The notes: generated from the sequence alone by a model not told the origin. DNA of 64,000 nt from an uncultured bacterium (GCA_934636825.1 CAKUBG010000013.1:1234-65233); one strand, 5' to 3'; shown: positions 1 through 9,831, counted from the first letter of the stretch. A program made the numbers and translations.

Positions 1-107
1 TTTAGATTGCAGCATTTTTTTCAGTGTAAATACACTACAATACCTTTATATTTTCTTTATTTTTTATTCTTTTTGTTTCTCCTTAATCTTAGGTCTATTA
101 AAAAATA

Positions 108-1553
108 TCAAGGTTTGTTTTCAGGCAAATTGGAGGGGACGCTAGCAATTTCAAAGCAAGCTATCTGTCCTTGAGCTCCGCCAAGATAAAGATATTTATC
201 ATCAATAACGAGTGGACAAGATGGAACGAAGGGGAGATTATATTCCCGCTTTAAGTGACCAGATTCGGCATCCAAAACAAGAAGGCTTGAATTTTCTGTC
301 GCCGTCAAGATATTGCCGTTCCAGTATAAAGCCGGAGTTGATAGAGCTTGAGCACTTTGATAACGCCAAAGAAGCTGTCCGCTTAAAGAAGCTAAAGATA
401 TTATATTGCGATCATTGACAAAGAAGCAGCGAGGCTTTTGAAGATCGAAACTCAGTGTATTGATTAAAATGCCCTGAGAATTTGTTTGCTCACTGCCATG
501 TTGGGGCGGAGTGTAACGCCAGACAAATTTTGGTTTAAAGTATTGAGCGCCTTCAGAGTCGGCCCCTAAAGCGTAGCAAAAAATATGGCCATTGGAAGCG
601 GTGGCATAGAGAAAATTTTTGATTATACGTAGTGGTTGGCGAAATTCCAGAGAACCGGAACCTATTTGCTGATTTATCGAAGCACTTGGATTGTTTAAGT
701 CGACGCTCCATAATTGGCCATTTAAACTGATTGCATACAGATATTCTGAATTTCTATTATTGAAAGCTTGGATAGCCGGATCGCTGACAAACGCTTTGCT
801 GTTTATTCCGTTGCACGGCAAGAGATGCCAACTGGCATTTGTGCCGTCGGCGGCAAATTGAGTCACTATTCCATCTCCGGAAAGACAAACAATTTTCTCT
901 TCACTTCGGCAAGGAGAACTGTAAGACAGACGGGGCAAAGTACTAAATTTTAAATGTAACAATTTATTGCGAAATTGCCGTTCTTCTGCTTTTTCTCTGG
1001 CTTTAGCCATAGCTTGGGCAGCTGTCAGACGCTCTGAAGAATTTTTAGTCGATTCATAACGCTTTTTTTTGCTTTCTTGGATCAATTGATCGTATGGAAA
1101 AGGTAAAATCCAATATTTTGCTTCTCCGCTAATCAGATCCAGGCAACTTACCGAGCAATCTTTGGTGCTTGCTACCAACATGTTGTCCAGACACAACGGA
1201 GGAGAAACAATGGGGGCGCTGATAGATGTATTCCATATGGCAAGGCCGCTGACCGTATCGTAGGCAGCTATTTGTTTCGAAAACAGAGAGCCAACATTGA
1301 GCAAGCGATTGTTTACTGATAGCCAGGCGATCTGATTTTTAAAATTTGTTTCCCAAAGTGGCTGGGAATTAAGATAAAAGCGACCGTAAGGAACGTTTTG
1401 GCCCTGTTCTTCGGTAGCAGAAGCAGAAGGCGGCCCGGAGGGAAGCCTATTAGGTTCGGGAACATTTTCGGCACTGCTTGGCCAGGCTTGAAGACAACAG
1501 ACGGCCAGGACTGCAAGGGATGAGGCAATAGATGAAAAGTTAAGTCTGGACAT
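108..1553 (-). CDS. PQQ-like beta-propeller repeat protein with N-terminal signal peptide and a charged coiled-coil insert; BamB-like candidate
   Basis: 481-aa ORF. N-terminal hydrophobic signal (SSLAVLAVCCLQAWP). Repeated G-x-(V/I/L)-x-A-x-D...G-x-x-x-W beta-propeller blades. Lies divergent to bamA. Confidence 0.55.
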   Translation of the reverse strand: MSRLNFSSIASSLAVLAVCCLQAWPSSAENVPEPNRLPSGPPSASATEEQGQNVPYGRFYLNSQPLWETNFKNQIAWLSVNNRLLNVGSLFSKQIAAYDTVSGLAIWNTSISAPIVSPPLCLDNMLVASTKDCSVSCLDLISGEAKYWILPFPYDQLIQESKKKRYESTKNSSERLTAAQAMAKAREKAEERQFRNKLLHLKFSTLPRLSYSSPCRSEEKIVCLSGDGIVTQFAADGTNASWHLLPCNGINSKAFVSDPAIQAFNNRNSEYLYAISLNGQLWSVDLNNPSASINQQIGSGSLEFRQPLRIIKNFLYATASNGHIFCYALGADSEGAQYFKPKFVWRYTPPQHGSEQTNSQGILINTLSFDLQKPRCFFVNDRNIISLASLSGQLLWRYQSAQALSTPALYWNGNILTATENSSLLVLDAESGHLKREYNLPFVPSCPLVIDDKYLYLGGAQGQIACFEIASVPSNLPENKP

Positions 1554-2065
1554 GGTACTGTCGGTATTTTTCTGTTCGCGGTCAGTCTGTTCCTGGCGAA
1601 GCTGTTTTTTAGAGTAGCAAGCGAATTTAAGTCTATTTTTTTGTCGAGAAAAATCGGTTGTTTTTCTAAAGTTTCGCTTGTGAAGGATAGGTTTAGAGGG
1701 TAGCGAAAAAGGGCGGGATTTTACGGAAATTTTTGCTGCACTTTCGGTTGATAGCTAAGGCTTAAAAGCCCGCTTTTGTGGCTGTTTTCGTCTAAAAATG
1801 CCTGTTTCGTCTTTTGGGTGATATGTAAAGAAACAGTTTCCGCAAGATCGAAAAGTCCCAGCTTTGGGCGGGGGCGCATTTATAAATCGGTAAAGCCATT
1901 GGGAGCTCTTGGCAGTGTTGGCATTTGTGAGAGCATAACGCGGCGCCTAGAGCTATAAATTTTTTATAAAAAGAGAGCTGGCTGAGGAGGCTTTCGGTTA
2001 TTTTACCGTAAAATTCACGGCTTCGGCAGCAGTCGTATTTCGCTTTTTTTGTTTGGAGGAATTAG

Positions 2066-5000
2066 ATGAGGAACGCACTCGGACATGTCTTGTCAGCAGC
2101 AGTGCTTGTAGGCAGCTTCGGGACTTCTCTTCCCGCGTTTGCAGAAAGTTTGCCCGGCAGTACCACAGGAAGTCCTGCCGATCCCATACCGGCTGTGGTC
2201 AAAACAGGAGCCGAGCTTGGCTATGATTATTCTGTCGGCGAAAATTCCCGGGTTTTAGCTTCGCAAGGCCAATCTGAAAATTATGAGTATGTGCAGCCGC
2301 GTATTCTCAAGTTAGTCGCCTCCGATGGAGTTGCCGAGTCTGAAGCTGCTTCCGATGTTGTTTCTGTTTCTAAAACAGAAGACTCGCAAAAAACGGCAAC
2401 TGTGTCGACTGTTTCCGAAACTGTGAGCACTCCTGTGGAACATAAGGCTGCTTCTAAAAGCACCGGCAAATCCAATTTGGAAAAAGCTAAAGCTAAGTTG
2501 GCACAGAGTAGAGCGGCTAGAAAACTTTCTGCTTCCAATTCCAAAGTAAAAGCTAACGTCACCGACAAGTCGGCTAAGCAAATTTCCAAGGATGCTGCCT
2601 CCGAACCTAAGGCCGAAGCATCTGAACAAAAATCAGCTCCGGTTGAAAACGATGAAAAAGTTGCTGACGGTCAGGAAATCCAGTCCAAGGGACTTCCCGC
2701 TCAGGCTCTCGAGCAAAGTGAAAACAAAGATAAAGATACTCAAGCCGTTGATAATAAAACCGGTGCCGTCGAAAATGTTGAATCTGCTCCTGCGCAGACT
2801 GCCGACAGCTCTGCCGACGAGGCAAAAAAGGCTGAAGAAGACGTAAAAGTTACAGATAAAAATGATGCCGAAGCGCAAAAAACCGAAACGAAAGCTTCTG
2901 CACCAATTTCTCCTATTTTTAGCGGTACTGTCGAAGCTATTACCGACAACTCTTTGCGTATTGCGGGTGTGAGTGCCAGCGGTGAGCCTTTGAGTTTAGA
3001 CTTCATTGTTGATGGAAACAGTCAGATGGCCGAAGGTATCAAAATCGGCGACAGCCTATCTGTTTTTTACGAAGTTTCGGAAAATGGCGGTTTCAGAGTT
3101 ACTTCAGCTAGGTATTTCTCCGGTGAAGCTCCCAAGAATGTTTTTCCAGGAGACATCCCTTCAGAATTAACTAGCGATAAGAGCGCTGTACAAGACGACA
3201 ATAACACCGGATTGGAAGAAGCGGATATTCCCAAAGTTGTCAGCATTGAAGTTGAGGGCAACAAGACAGTTTCTTCTGAGGAAATTTTACAAATAATTTC
3301 CACTCGTATTGGCGATCCTTTGTTAGAACCGCGTATTCGTCGTGATATGCAAGCCATTTACGACAGTGGTTACTACACAGATGTTCGCTTGGACACACGC
3401 TATACATCTGATGGCGTTCGTGTAATCTTCCGCGTTTTGGAAAACCCTGTCGTCAATGAAATCGTCTTGGAAGGCAATAGCGTAGCTTCCAGTGATAAAT
3501 TGCGCTCTCTTATGCAATTGGAAACTGGTAAAGTTCTTAATACGCGCATTTTGCAAAACGACTTACAGTCCATCAATAAATACTATAACGAAGATTTGGG
3601 CTACACTATCAGTCCTTCTCACATTACCAAACTTGACTTTAATGGCGGTAAGCTGACCTTAACTTTAGCCGACGGCATTGTGGTCAAAGAAGTAAAAGTT
3701 GAAGGCGTAACGGTTTTTCCTCACGATCAAATAGCTTCCATGATCACCTTGAAGCCCGGCGATTTGTTCAACCGCAATACGTTGCGTGCCGACACTGAGA
3801 AGATTTCAGCTCTCTATGACGAGAAACAGTATATCTTAGATACGATAAAACCTTCGGTAGACGTTGAAACCGGCGTTGTTACCGTCAATGTGGTTGAAGC
3901 TGTACTCCAAGAGATCAAGCTTACTTGGACTGGAACCAGTGCCAGTAAGCATCGCACCAAAGATGATACTGTCTTACGCAATATTCGCACTAAGCCTGGC
4001 GAGGTAATGCGTCGCGATCGTATTCAAAAAGATTTGGAACGCCTGAATAATTTGGGCTTATTCAAAAAAGTTGAACCGGAAGTTGAGCCCGGCGCCGCTC
4101 CTGGACAAGCTATCTTGGTTCTCAATATTGAAGAGCAAAAGACTGGCTTGGCTACTGTCGGTGTAGGTTATGCCGGCGGTGGTTCTGGTGCTGTACGTCC
4201 TGGTATTACCGGCGCTATTTCTTACTCTGAGCGCAACTTATTTGGCGAAGGCAAGCAATTCTCCGTCAACTTGCAGCGTGGTGCTCAAATTGGCGCCTAC
4301 AGTATCTCTTACTACGATCCTGCCATCAACTCTGCCCAAGATTCTATCGGCGTATCTGCTTATTACAATAGCGTTGACGATTTGGAACAACAAGTTACCG
4401 GCGCCGATTACGGCACTTATGCTTACTACGATCAGGAAGTCTACGGTGCTACCGTAACTTACGGCCATCCCTTCTCTGATGATTTCCGTGGTTTTGTGAC
4501 TTTGCGTCACGAGACGATCAACTTAACTATGTCTGGCAAGTCTTTGTATGTACCTGTTGGCTTGGGCAAAGGTGATTTGAATGCTATCGGTTTGTCAACA
4601 CTTTATGATACCCGTGACGACGTATTCAGTCCTCATAAAGGAAGTTACGCTAATGTGGCTCTTACTTTTGCCGGTTTTGGTGGAGATTATAATTACAAGA
4701 AATTTGTTGTAGAAGGTCGCCACTATGTTCCTTTGACTAAGCGATCTACTTTGGCTTTGCGAGGTATGTACGGCACAGTCGGTAACGGAGCCCCTGCTTC
4801 TGAATACTTCTATGCCGGTGGTACCGATACTTTGCGTGGCTATCAGGACAACTCCATGTTCGGTAATAAAGTGGTCTTGCTCAACGCCGAATATCGTTTC
4901 CCTATTGGCAATATTAAGATGCTTAGCGGAGCTGTCTTTGTAGACGCGGGTAATGCTTGGATTTCTGGTTATAAATCCAGTGAACTTTACACTGATGCTG

Positions 5001-5113
5001 GTGTTGGCTTACGTATCGTCTTCCCCAACTTGGGCTTGGGTGTTATTCGTATAGACTACGCCTTTGGTAAAGATGGATCTCGCTCCAGTATTGGTATAGG
5101 CCAGTCCTTCTAA
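2066..5113 (+). CDS. bamA: Outer membrane protein assembly factor BamA/Omp85 with a ~300-aa low-complexity N-terminal extension
   Basis: ATG preceded by GGAGG. Signal peptide present. N-terminal K/A/E/S/T-rich low-complexity region. POTRA-like segments (VVSIEVEGNKTVSSEEIL..., VNEIVLEGN..., KEVKVEGVTVF...). C-terminal beta-barrel ending in the aromatic residue F (GIGQSF). Confidence 0.8.
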   Translation: MRNALGHVLSAAVLVGSFGTSLPAFAESLPGSTTGSPADPIPAVVKTGAELGYDYSVGENSRVLASQGQSENYEYVQPRILKLVASDGVAESEAASDVVSVSKTEDSQKTATVSTVSETVSTPVEHKAASKSTGKSNLEKAKAKLAQSRAARKLSASNSKVKANVTDKSAKQISKDAASEPKAEASEQKSAPVENDEKVADGQEIQSKGLPAQALEQSENKDKDTQAVDNKTGAVENVESAPAQTADSSADEAKKAEEDVKVTDKNDAEAQKTETKASAPISPIFSGTVEAITDNSLRIAGVSASGEPLSLDFIVDGNSQMAEGIKIGDSLSVFYEVSENGGFRVTSARYFSGEAPKNVFPGDIPSELTSDKSAVQDDNNTGLEEADIPKVVSIEVEGNKTVSSEEILQIISTRIGDPLLEPRIRRDMQAIYDSGYYTDVRLDTRYTSDGVRVIFRVLENPVVNEIVLEGNSVASSDKLRSLMQLETGKVLNTRILQNDLQSINKYYNEDLGYTISPSHITKLDFNGGKLTLTLADGIVVKEVKVEGVTVFPHDQIASMITLKPGDLFNRNTLRADTEKISALYDEKQYILDTIKPSVDVETGVVTVNVVEAVLQEIKLTWTGTSASKHRTKDDTVLRNIRTKPGEVMRRDRIQKDLERLNNLGLFKKVEPEVEPGAAPGQAILVLNIEEQKTGLATVGVGYAGGGSGAVRPGITGAISYSERNLFGEGKQFSVNLQRGAQIGAYSISYYDPAINSAQDSIGVSAYYNSVDDLEQQVTGADYGTYAYYDQEVYGATVTYGHPFSDDFRGFVTLRHETINLTMSGKSLYVPVGLGKGDLNAIGLSTLYDTRDDVFSPHKGSYANVALTFAGFGGDYNYKKFVVEGRHYVPLTKRSTLALRGMYGTVGNGAPASEYFYAGGTDTLRGYQDNSMFGNKVVLLNAEYRFPIGNIKMLSGAVFVDAGNAWISGYKSSELYTDAGVGLRIVFPNLGLGVIRIDYAFGKDGSRSSIGIGQSF

Positions 5114-5286
5114 GTTTAAGCGGTTGACGCTTCTTGTCTGATTGTGTCGCCGATGGCAGGAAAGCTGCTCCATTTCTTTTGTGCGCTCGGCGGCCGTAGC
5201 TATTTTTACAGCGTTTTGAGATATTGGGCTCGGTAAGTGAAACAGAGTAGGGGAGGAAAGCTCAAAGAGGTTGGATAGCTCGTTTT

Positions 5287-5311
5287 GGCAGAGCGCGTGC
5301 TGCCTTGTTTG
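5287..5311 (+). terminator. Possible weak Rho-independent terminator after bamA
   Basis: GGCAGAGCGCGTGCTGCC stem-loop followed by TTGTTTG. Confidence 0.3.
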
Positions 5312-5389
5312 TAAGATTAGTAATAACTCCCCATTGATCTTAAGTTGGGGGGTAGTTCCCAAGAACCCTTAAAGGAGGTTCAGGTTTAA

Positions 5390-6391
5390 ATGTCTGAGAT
5401 TGATTTGAATAAGACCGCTGCTGATGGTGCTACTACCGAAAAGAGCAGTGAGACTGCCGCTCCTTCAGGCGGCAATAAGAAGAAGACTATAGCGATAGTT
5501 GCTGCCATTGTGGCTGTGATTATTATCGGTATCGGTACTTGGATGTTTTTAAGTCCCAGTGGCATGATGTCTTCTCCGGCCAAAAAAGTTGGTTGTATCG
5601 ACGCTTCGGCTATTTATGCTCTCGATGAGTTTAAAAATGCAGAAAAGCAAATCGCCGATTTCGCCGAGAAAAAGAATAAAGAGTTCGAAAAAGCCGTTTC
5701 CGAAAAGAATGGCAAAGAGGGTGCCGAGACCGAGCTTCAGCTGCTTTACAGTAAGCTTCAGGGTGAAGTTGAAGTCAACCGCAACAAGATCATTTTGCCT
5801 TTGAACAATCGAGTCTCTGCAGCCATTGCTTCTGTGTCTGCCAGCAAAGGCTTAAATGTTGTACTGGACAAGCGCGTAGTTGTTTGTGGTGTCCCAGATA
5901 TTACTGAAGACGTGAAAAAGCTCTTCCAACAAAAAGGTGAACTTAAAGTGCCTGCCGAGGAGGATACCAGCGATTCTCCCGTAGCTTACTTCGATCAGGG
6001 TATCGTGCGTAAGTTGAAAGTATTTGGCGAAGTCGATATTAAATTGAGCCAAGCTCGTGCCGATATGATGCGCGAATATGAAAAGAAAGCTCCCAGCCTT
6101 TCTGCTTCCGAGCGTGAGGCTTTGCAGCGTGAGATGTCTGCTCGTTTCGAAGCTCTCAGCCAGCAGCAATATGCTCCTCTTTATCAGAAGGTAAACAATT
6201 CTGTTAATAAAGTTGCCAAAGATTTGGGCATTTCCTTAGTCCTCAATAAGCAGACTGTTATGTATGGCGGCCGCAACATTACTGACGAAGTGATTGATAC
6301 TTTCAACGCCAGCTTGAGTAATGATACTGCCGAGGCTGCTCCTGCTGCCGATAGTAAGGATGCTGCCAAGGACGCGAAAGCTTCTAAGTAA
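5390..6391 (+). CDS. Skp/OmpH-family periplasmic chaperone, long membrane-anchored form (paralog 1)
   Basis: RBS AAAGGAGG. N-terminal charged region followed by a TM helix (IAIVAAIVAVIIIGIGTWMF). OmpH-like coiled-coil body. Lys/Ala-rich tail. Confidence 0.65.
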   Translation: MSEIDLNKTAADGATTEKSSETAAPSGGNKKKTIAIVAAIVAVIIIGIGTWMFLSPSGMMSSPAKKVGCIDASAIYALDEFKNAEKQIADFAEKKNKEFEKAVSEKNGKEGAETELQLLYSKLQGEVEVNRNKIILPLNNRVSAAIASVSASKGLNVVLDKRVVVCGVPDITEDVKKLFQQKGELKVPAEEDTSDSPVAYFDQGIVRKLKVFGEVDIKLSQARADMMREYEKKAPSLSASEREALQREMSARFEALSQQQYAPLYQKVNNSVNKVAKDLGISLVLNKQTVMYGGRNITDEVIDTFNASLSNDTAEAAPAADSKDAAKDAKASK

Positions 6392-6404
6392 TTGAGGTGT
6401 TTTT

Positions 6405-7844
6405 ATGCAGTTTTTTTCTGTCCCTAATTTAAAACGTACAGGCGTTTGGTTAGGAGCGTGCGGCCTTGTAGTCGGCGCTATTCTAATTGCTCGTGTCGAT
6501 TTTGTCGGAATGGCCTGTGCCGAGGGGACTACCCCGAAAAAACCTGCTGCTTCCGGTGAAACTCAGGACCAGTTTTCCGAGCTGGCCGTAGTAGACTTTG
6601 AAAAGTTGCTTAAAGATCGTCCCGATTATGAGCGCATAACTCAGCTTGATGAACAAATTCGTTTGCTGCAACAAGAGTTGGAATTTTTGCCTTTGGCAGA
6701 CCGCAAGCGTAAAGTAGATTCCGGACGCAAGCGTATGGAGCGCGAAGTTGAGAAAGCTCGCAATGAATTGCAAGCTGAATCGGCCCGCATAGGCAATGAA
6801 TTGAAGAGCTTTCGTAACAATCTGACCAAGCAACTTGAGCAAGAAAGCAAAGCTCTTAACGAGCATTATCAGAATGTCTTGCGTCAGCGAGTGGCAGCTT
6901 TAGCTCCTAAAGCTCCTCCTCAAGTGCCTGAAGATGTGCGTAAACGTATGGATAGCTTTTTGAGCGATTTGGCTGGAGTACGTCAACAGCGCATTTCTGC
7001 CAAGCGCTTGGAGCTGGAACGCATTATGCAAAACAATTTGGAAAGTGCTCGCGCTTCTATGGATGAGCGTTTAGCTGAGTATGACAGCTCTTTAATGCAA
7101 GAAAATCAAGAACAGCGCGTCAACTTACAATTGCAATTGCAAACTGCGGCCAATGCCGAAGAAGAATCGGCTATTCAGGATAAATTGGCTGCCCTCGGAG
7201 ATGCTGAGACTGCCAAAAAATCGGCCAAACGTGATGAACTTACGGCTGAATATAAGCGCCTGGAAGCTGATGAGCGTGCAAATGTAGCTTCTAAAATTAA
7301 AGCTTTTGAGACATCGCTTGATGAGGAGACCAAAGCTAAGGCTGCGGCCGAGCGGGATCGCCTTTTGAAAAATGTACAGGCGCCTTCTCCTAAGGTAAAT
7401 CAAGCTGAAGTTGAAGCTCAGATTGCCAAAATAAAGTCTACTATCAATGCTGAAATGGAAGCCAAAAAGGCCGAAATGACAGCTGCCATGCAAAGCAAAG
7501 CTGAAGAAGCTCAACGCAACATGGAGCAAAAGCAAGCTGCTTTAGAAAAACGTTTGCGAGCGACGCAGAAGCAATTGGAAGCTATGGTAAGCAATTCGTC
7601 CAAAGATGTCAGTGACGAAACGCGCAAGAAAATGGACGACCTTAAAGCCAAGATAGAAGACTTGCAAAAACAACGCCAAGAACTTTATGACAGTATGGCT
7701 AACGATTTGCGTGAAGTAGTCGCCAAAATCGCAGCTGAGCAAGAGGGGCAGCCGTCTGTGATAGGCTCTTATGTTGTCAATATTGATTGCTTGGATCTTA
7801 CCGACAAAACAATGCTTGCTTTGGAAAAAGAGGACCAACACTAG
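6405..7844 (+). CDS. Skp/OmpH-family protein, very long coiled-coil form (paralog 2)
   Basis: RBS GAGGTG. N-terminal TM helix. OmpH-like start (VVDFEKLLKDRPDYERI). About 350 aa of heptad-like E/K/Q/A-rich coiled coil. OmpH-like C-terminus. Confidence 0.6.
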   Translation: MQFFSVPNLKRTGVWLGACGLVVGAILIARVDFVGMACAEGTTPKKPAASGETQDQFSELAVVDFEKLLKDRPDYERITQLDEQIRLLQQELEFLPLADRKRKVDSGRKRMEREVEKARNELQAESARIGNELKSFRNNLTKQLEQESKALNEHYQNVLRQRVAALAPKAPPQVPEDVRKRMDSFLSDLAGVRQQRISAKRLELERIMQNNLESARASMDERLAEYDSSLMQENQEQRVNLQLQLQTAANAEEESAIQDKLAALGDAETAKKSAKRDELTAEYKRLEADERANVASKIKAFETSLDEETKAKAAAERDRLLKNVQAPSPKVNQAEVEAQIAKIKSTINAEMEAKKAEMTAAMQSKAEEAQRNMEQKQAALEKRLRATQKQLEAMVSNSSKDVSDETRKKMDDLKAKIEDLQKQRQELYDSMANDLREVVAKIAAEQEGQPSVIGSYVVNIDCLDLTDKTMLALEKEDQH

Positions 7845-7853
7845 GAGGTCGCG

Positions 7854-8411
7854 GTGAATAGAATTTTATGGTGCGGAGTGGTTATGACTGCGCTCACGGT
7901 CGGCTGCCTCTGTACGGCAGGTTGTACACCCAAGGAGAAAGTTGTCATTCGTACCGGCACTATCAACAGTACGGTTGTACTTCAGGAAGATGACAAATAT
8001 CAGGAATTGTCCCGCCAGTACTTCGCCGAGCGCATCAAGGCTAGCCAAGAAGTACAGCGTATAGTTAAAGAAAATTCCAACGCTGATGGCGTCGTCAGTG
8101 ATAAATCTGTTTATGATAAGCTCATGAAGATTCAGAGTGACGTTGAATCAAAATGGCAAAAACGCACTGCCGATTATATCGATGCCAAAATGAAAAGTAT
8201 GGAGAAAGCTGCTTCAGAAGTAGCTTTGGATAAGGAACTCGATATTGTTTTAATCGACTCCAACGATGTTCCAACTGTAGAGTATGGCGGTCACGACATT
8301 ACCGCTAATGTTCTGGCGGCTATGCCGGGATTTGCCGGAAATGCATCTTCTGAAGGCGAACAAAACAAAGGTGCCAAGACTGCGGAAAGTGGCTCTCAAG
8401 GCAGCAAGTAG
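7854..8411 (+). CDS. Skp/OmpH-family chaperone, lipoprotein-like (paralog 3)
   Basis: GTG start after GGAGGT. Signal peptide ending in Cys (LTVGCLCTAGC). Canonical ~160-aa OmpH body. Confidence 0.65.
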   Translation: MNRILWCGVVMTALTVGCLCTAGCTPKEKVVIRTGTINSTVVLQEDDKYQELSRQYFAERIKASQEVQRIVKENSNADGVVSDKSVYDKLMKIQSDVESKWQKRTADYIDAKMKSMEKAASEVALDKELDIVLIDSNDVPTVEYGGHDITANVLAAMPGFAGNASSEGEQNKGAKTAESGSQGSK

Positions 8412-8433
8412 AAAGAGCGGAGGGATAAACAAT

Positions 8434-8907
8434 TTGCAATATTCGAAGTTTGTACACTGCTTAGTTCTGACGGCTGTAAGTGCTATTCTGCTTTTGGGCG
8501 GTAGCGGTTGCGCTGAGCGTACATTAAAGGTTGGTGTTGTCAATACCGAGAGAATTATTAGAGAGAATCCTAAGTATATGGAGCTCAATGTTATTCTCTC
8601 CGACGAGCGCAGCAAGATCTATTCGCAAATTCCTAGCAATGTCAGCAGTATGTCTGTGGCTCAGAAAAAGGCCTTGCAAGAAAAGCTGGCCAAAGATGCT
8701 GCAGAGAGATCCAGCAAGTTTGATAAGCTCTACAATGAGAGTATGAAAGGTTTGCGGGAAGATATTAAAGCTCAAGCTTCCGAAGTGGCTCAAGACAAAG
8801 ATATAGATTTAGTTGTAGTTAACACTGTAAATTATCCTGTTGTGCTTTATACCAGCGGAGATAATATTACTCTGGATATTTTGCTGAAAATGGATGGCTC
8901 TAAATAA
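8434..8907 (+). CDS. Skp/OmpH-family chaperone, lipoprotein-like (paralog 4); start revised to TTG 8434
   Basis: GGAGGG RBS precedes the in-frame TTG. Signal peptide ending GGSGC. OmpH-like body (VGVVNTERIIRENPKY...). The ORF-track start at 8284 overlaps the upstream gene. Confidence 0.6.
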   Translation: MQYSKFVHCLVLTAVSAILLLGGSGCAERTLKVGVVNTERIIRENPKYMELNVILSDERSKIYSQIPSNVSSMSVAQKKALQEKLAKDAAERSSKFDKLYNESMKGLREDIKAQASEVAQDKDIDLVVVNTVNYPVVLYTSGDNITLDILLKMDGSK

Positions 8908-9621
8908 ATGGAAGAACAGTTTGTACATCCGAGTGCTTGCATAGACAGTTCCGCTTCTTTAGGTAAAGAGTGCAAAGTCGGAGCCATGGTCGTAATTGAA
9001 AGTGGAGCTAGAGTAGGCGACAGGGCTGAGATAGGCCCTAAAGCTTATATCGGTCGCAATGTTCGTATAGGTTCCGGAGCGATTATCGGCTGTGGGGCTG
9101 TGCTTATGGATGATACCGTTATCGGTGACAAAGCTGTTATTGAAGCAGGAGCAGTTTTAGGCATGGATGGTTTCGGCTATGTCTTTGACGGCCGGAGTCA
9201 TCGCAAGATCCCTCAAGTTGGCAATGTCGTTATTGGCGAGGGAGCTAAGATCGGTGCTTGTTCTTGTGTGGATAGAGCTGCTACAGCTTCTACTTTAATC
9301 GGAGACTATACTGAATTGGGGCATATGGTTATGGTAGGCCACAACAGTAAGGTCGGCAATCATTGTCGTATCGGCGACCAGAGTGGTTTGACCGGATCGT
9401 CTGTAGTAGGCAATAATTGCACCATCGGCTCTCAGTGCGGTATCGGTGTGCGTGTAGAGTTGGGAGATGGCTGTGTGCTTATGGATCGTTCTACAGCCAT
9501 GCGCAAGTATGAAGCCGGACAAGTTTTGGCCGGTAATCCCGGTCGTCCTGTGGCTGAAGTGCGTCGTGCCGAAGCTGCTTTTAACTTGCTTCCTAAGCTT
9601 TTAAAAGAGCATATGAAGTAA
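8908..9621 (+). CDS. LpxD-like left-handed beta-helix N-acyltransferase lacking the N-terminal uridine-binding domain
   Basis: 237 aa. Hexapeptide repeats and the LpxD-type core (GFGYVFDGRSHRKIPQVGNVVIGEGAKIGACSCVDRA). Sits in the canonical bamA-skp-lpxD position. ATG abuts the upstream stop. Confidence 0.7.
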   Translation: MEEQFVHPSACIDSSASLGKECKVGAMVVIESGARVGDRAEIGPKAYIGRNVRIGSGAIIGCGAVLMDDTVIGDKAVIEAGAVLGMDGFGYVFDGRSHRKIPQVGNVVIGEGAKIGACSCVDRAATASTLIGDYTELGHMVMVGHNSKVGNHCRIGDQSGLTGSSVVGNNCTIGSQCGIGVRVELGDGCVLMDRSTAMRKYEAGQVLAGNPGRPVAEVRRAEAAFNLLPKLLKEHMK

Positions 9622-9674
9622 TAATATTAGGCCCGTCGGCGTTGTGTGTTTCCGGCGGGCGTAATAATTTTAAA

Positions 9675-9701
9675 TGGCCCTTGCCGAGGGCTGTTTTTTT
9701 T
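9675..9701 (+). terminator. Rho-independent terminator
   Basis: GGCCCTTGCCGAGGGCT hairpin followed by TGTTTTTTTT. Confidence 0.55.
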
Positions 9702-9831
9702 CGTTAAATTGCCGTGCCTATAATGGGGGAAAATTTAGATATAAAGTTGCGGCATCGGGGGAAATAACAAATTGGGTTTGCTGTCTGTACTTGAAAACAG
9801 AGACAGCAAGTCTTATGGAGCTGAGTTTTTT

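Noticed and set aside
2281-3006. Several antisense and alternate-frame ORFs (2281..2589, 2312..2629, 2607..2825, 2633..2878, 2740..3006 and others) inside the bamA N-terminal region
   Set aside because: They overlap the low-complexity K/A/E/S-coding segment of bamA, have no RBS, and are typical frame artefacts of biased sequence.
5009-5362. Minus-strand 117-aa ORF overlapping the bamA 3' end and terminator region
   Set aside because: It is antisense to the bamA barrel-coding sequence, has no RBS, and is not a plausible gene.
8284-8433. ORF-track 5' extension of the fourth skp paralog, overlapping the third
   Set aside because: The extension lacks an RBS and overlaps the preceding gene. An in-frame TTG at 8434 follows GGAGGG and is immediately followed by a lipoprotein-type signal peptide.
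9295-9522. Antisense ORFs inside the LpxD-like gene, and similar antisense ORFs in lpxD, PFOR, htpG and others
   Set aside because: They are short, lack an RBS, and lie wholly inside well-supported genes on the opposite strand.
9772-9831. ORF-track 5' extension of the 609-aa secreted protein
   Set aside because: The signal peptide begins at the internal Met (9832), which also has an RBS. The upstream 20 codons would precede the n-region without function.
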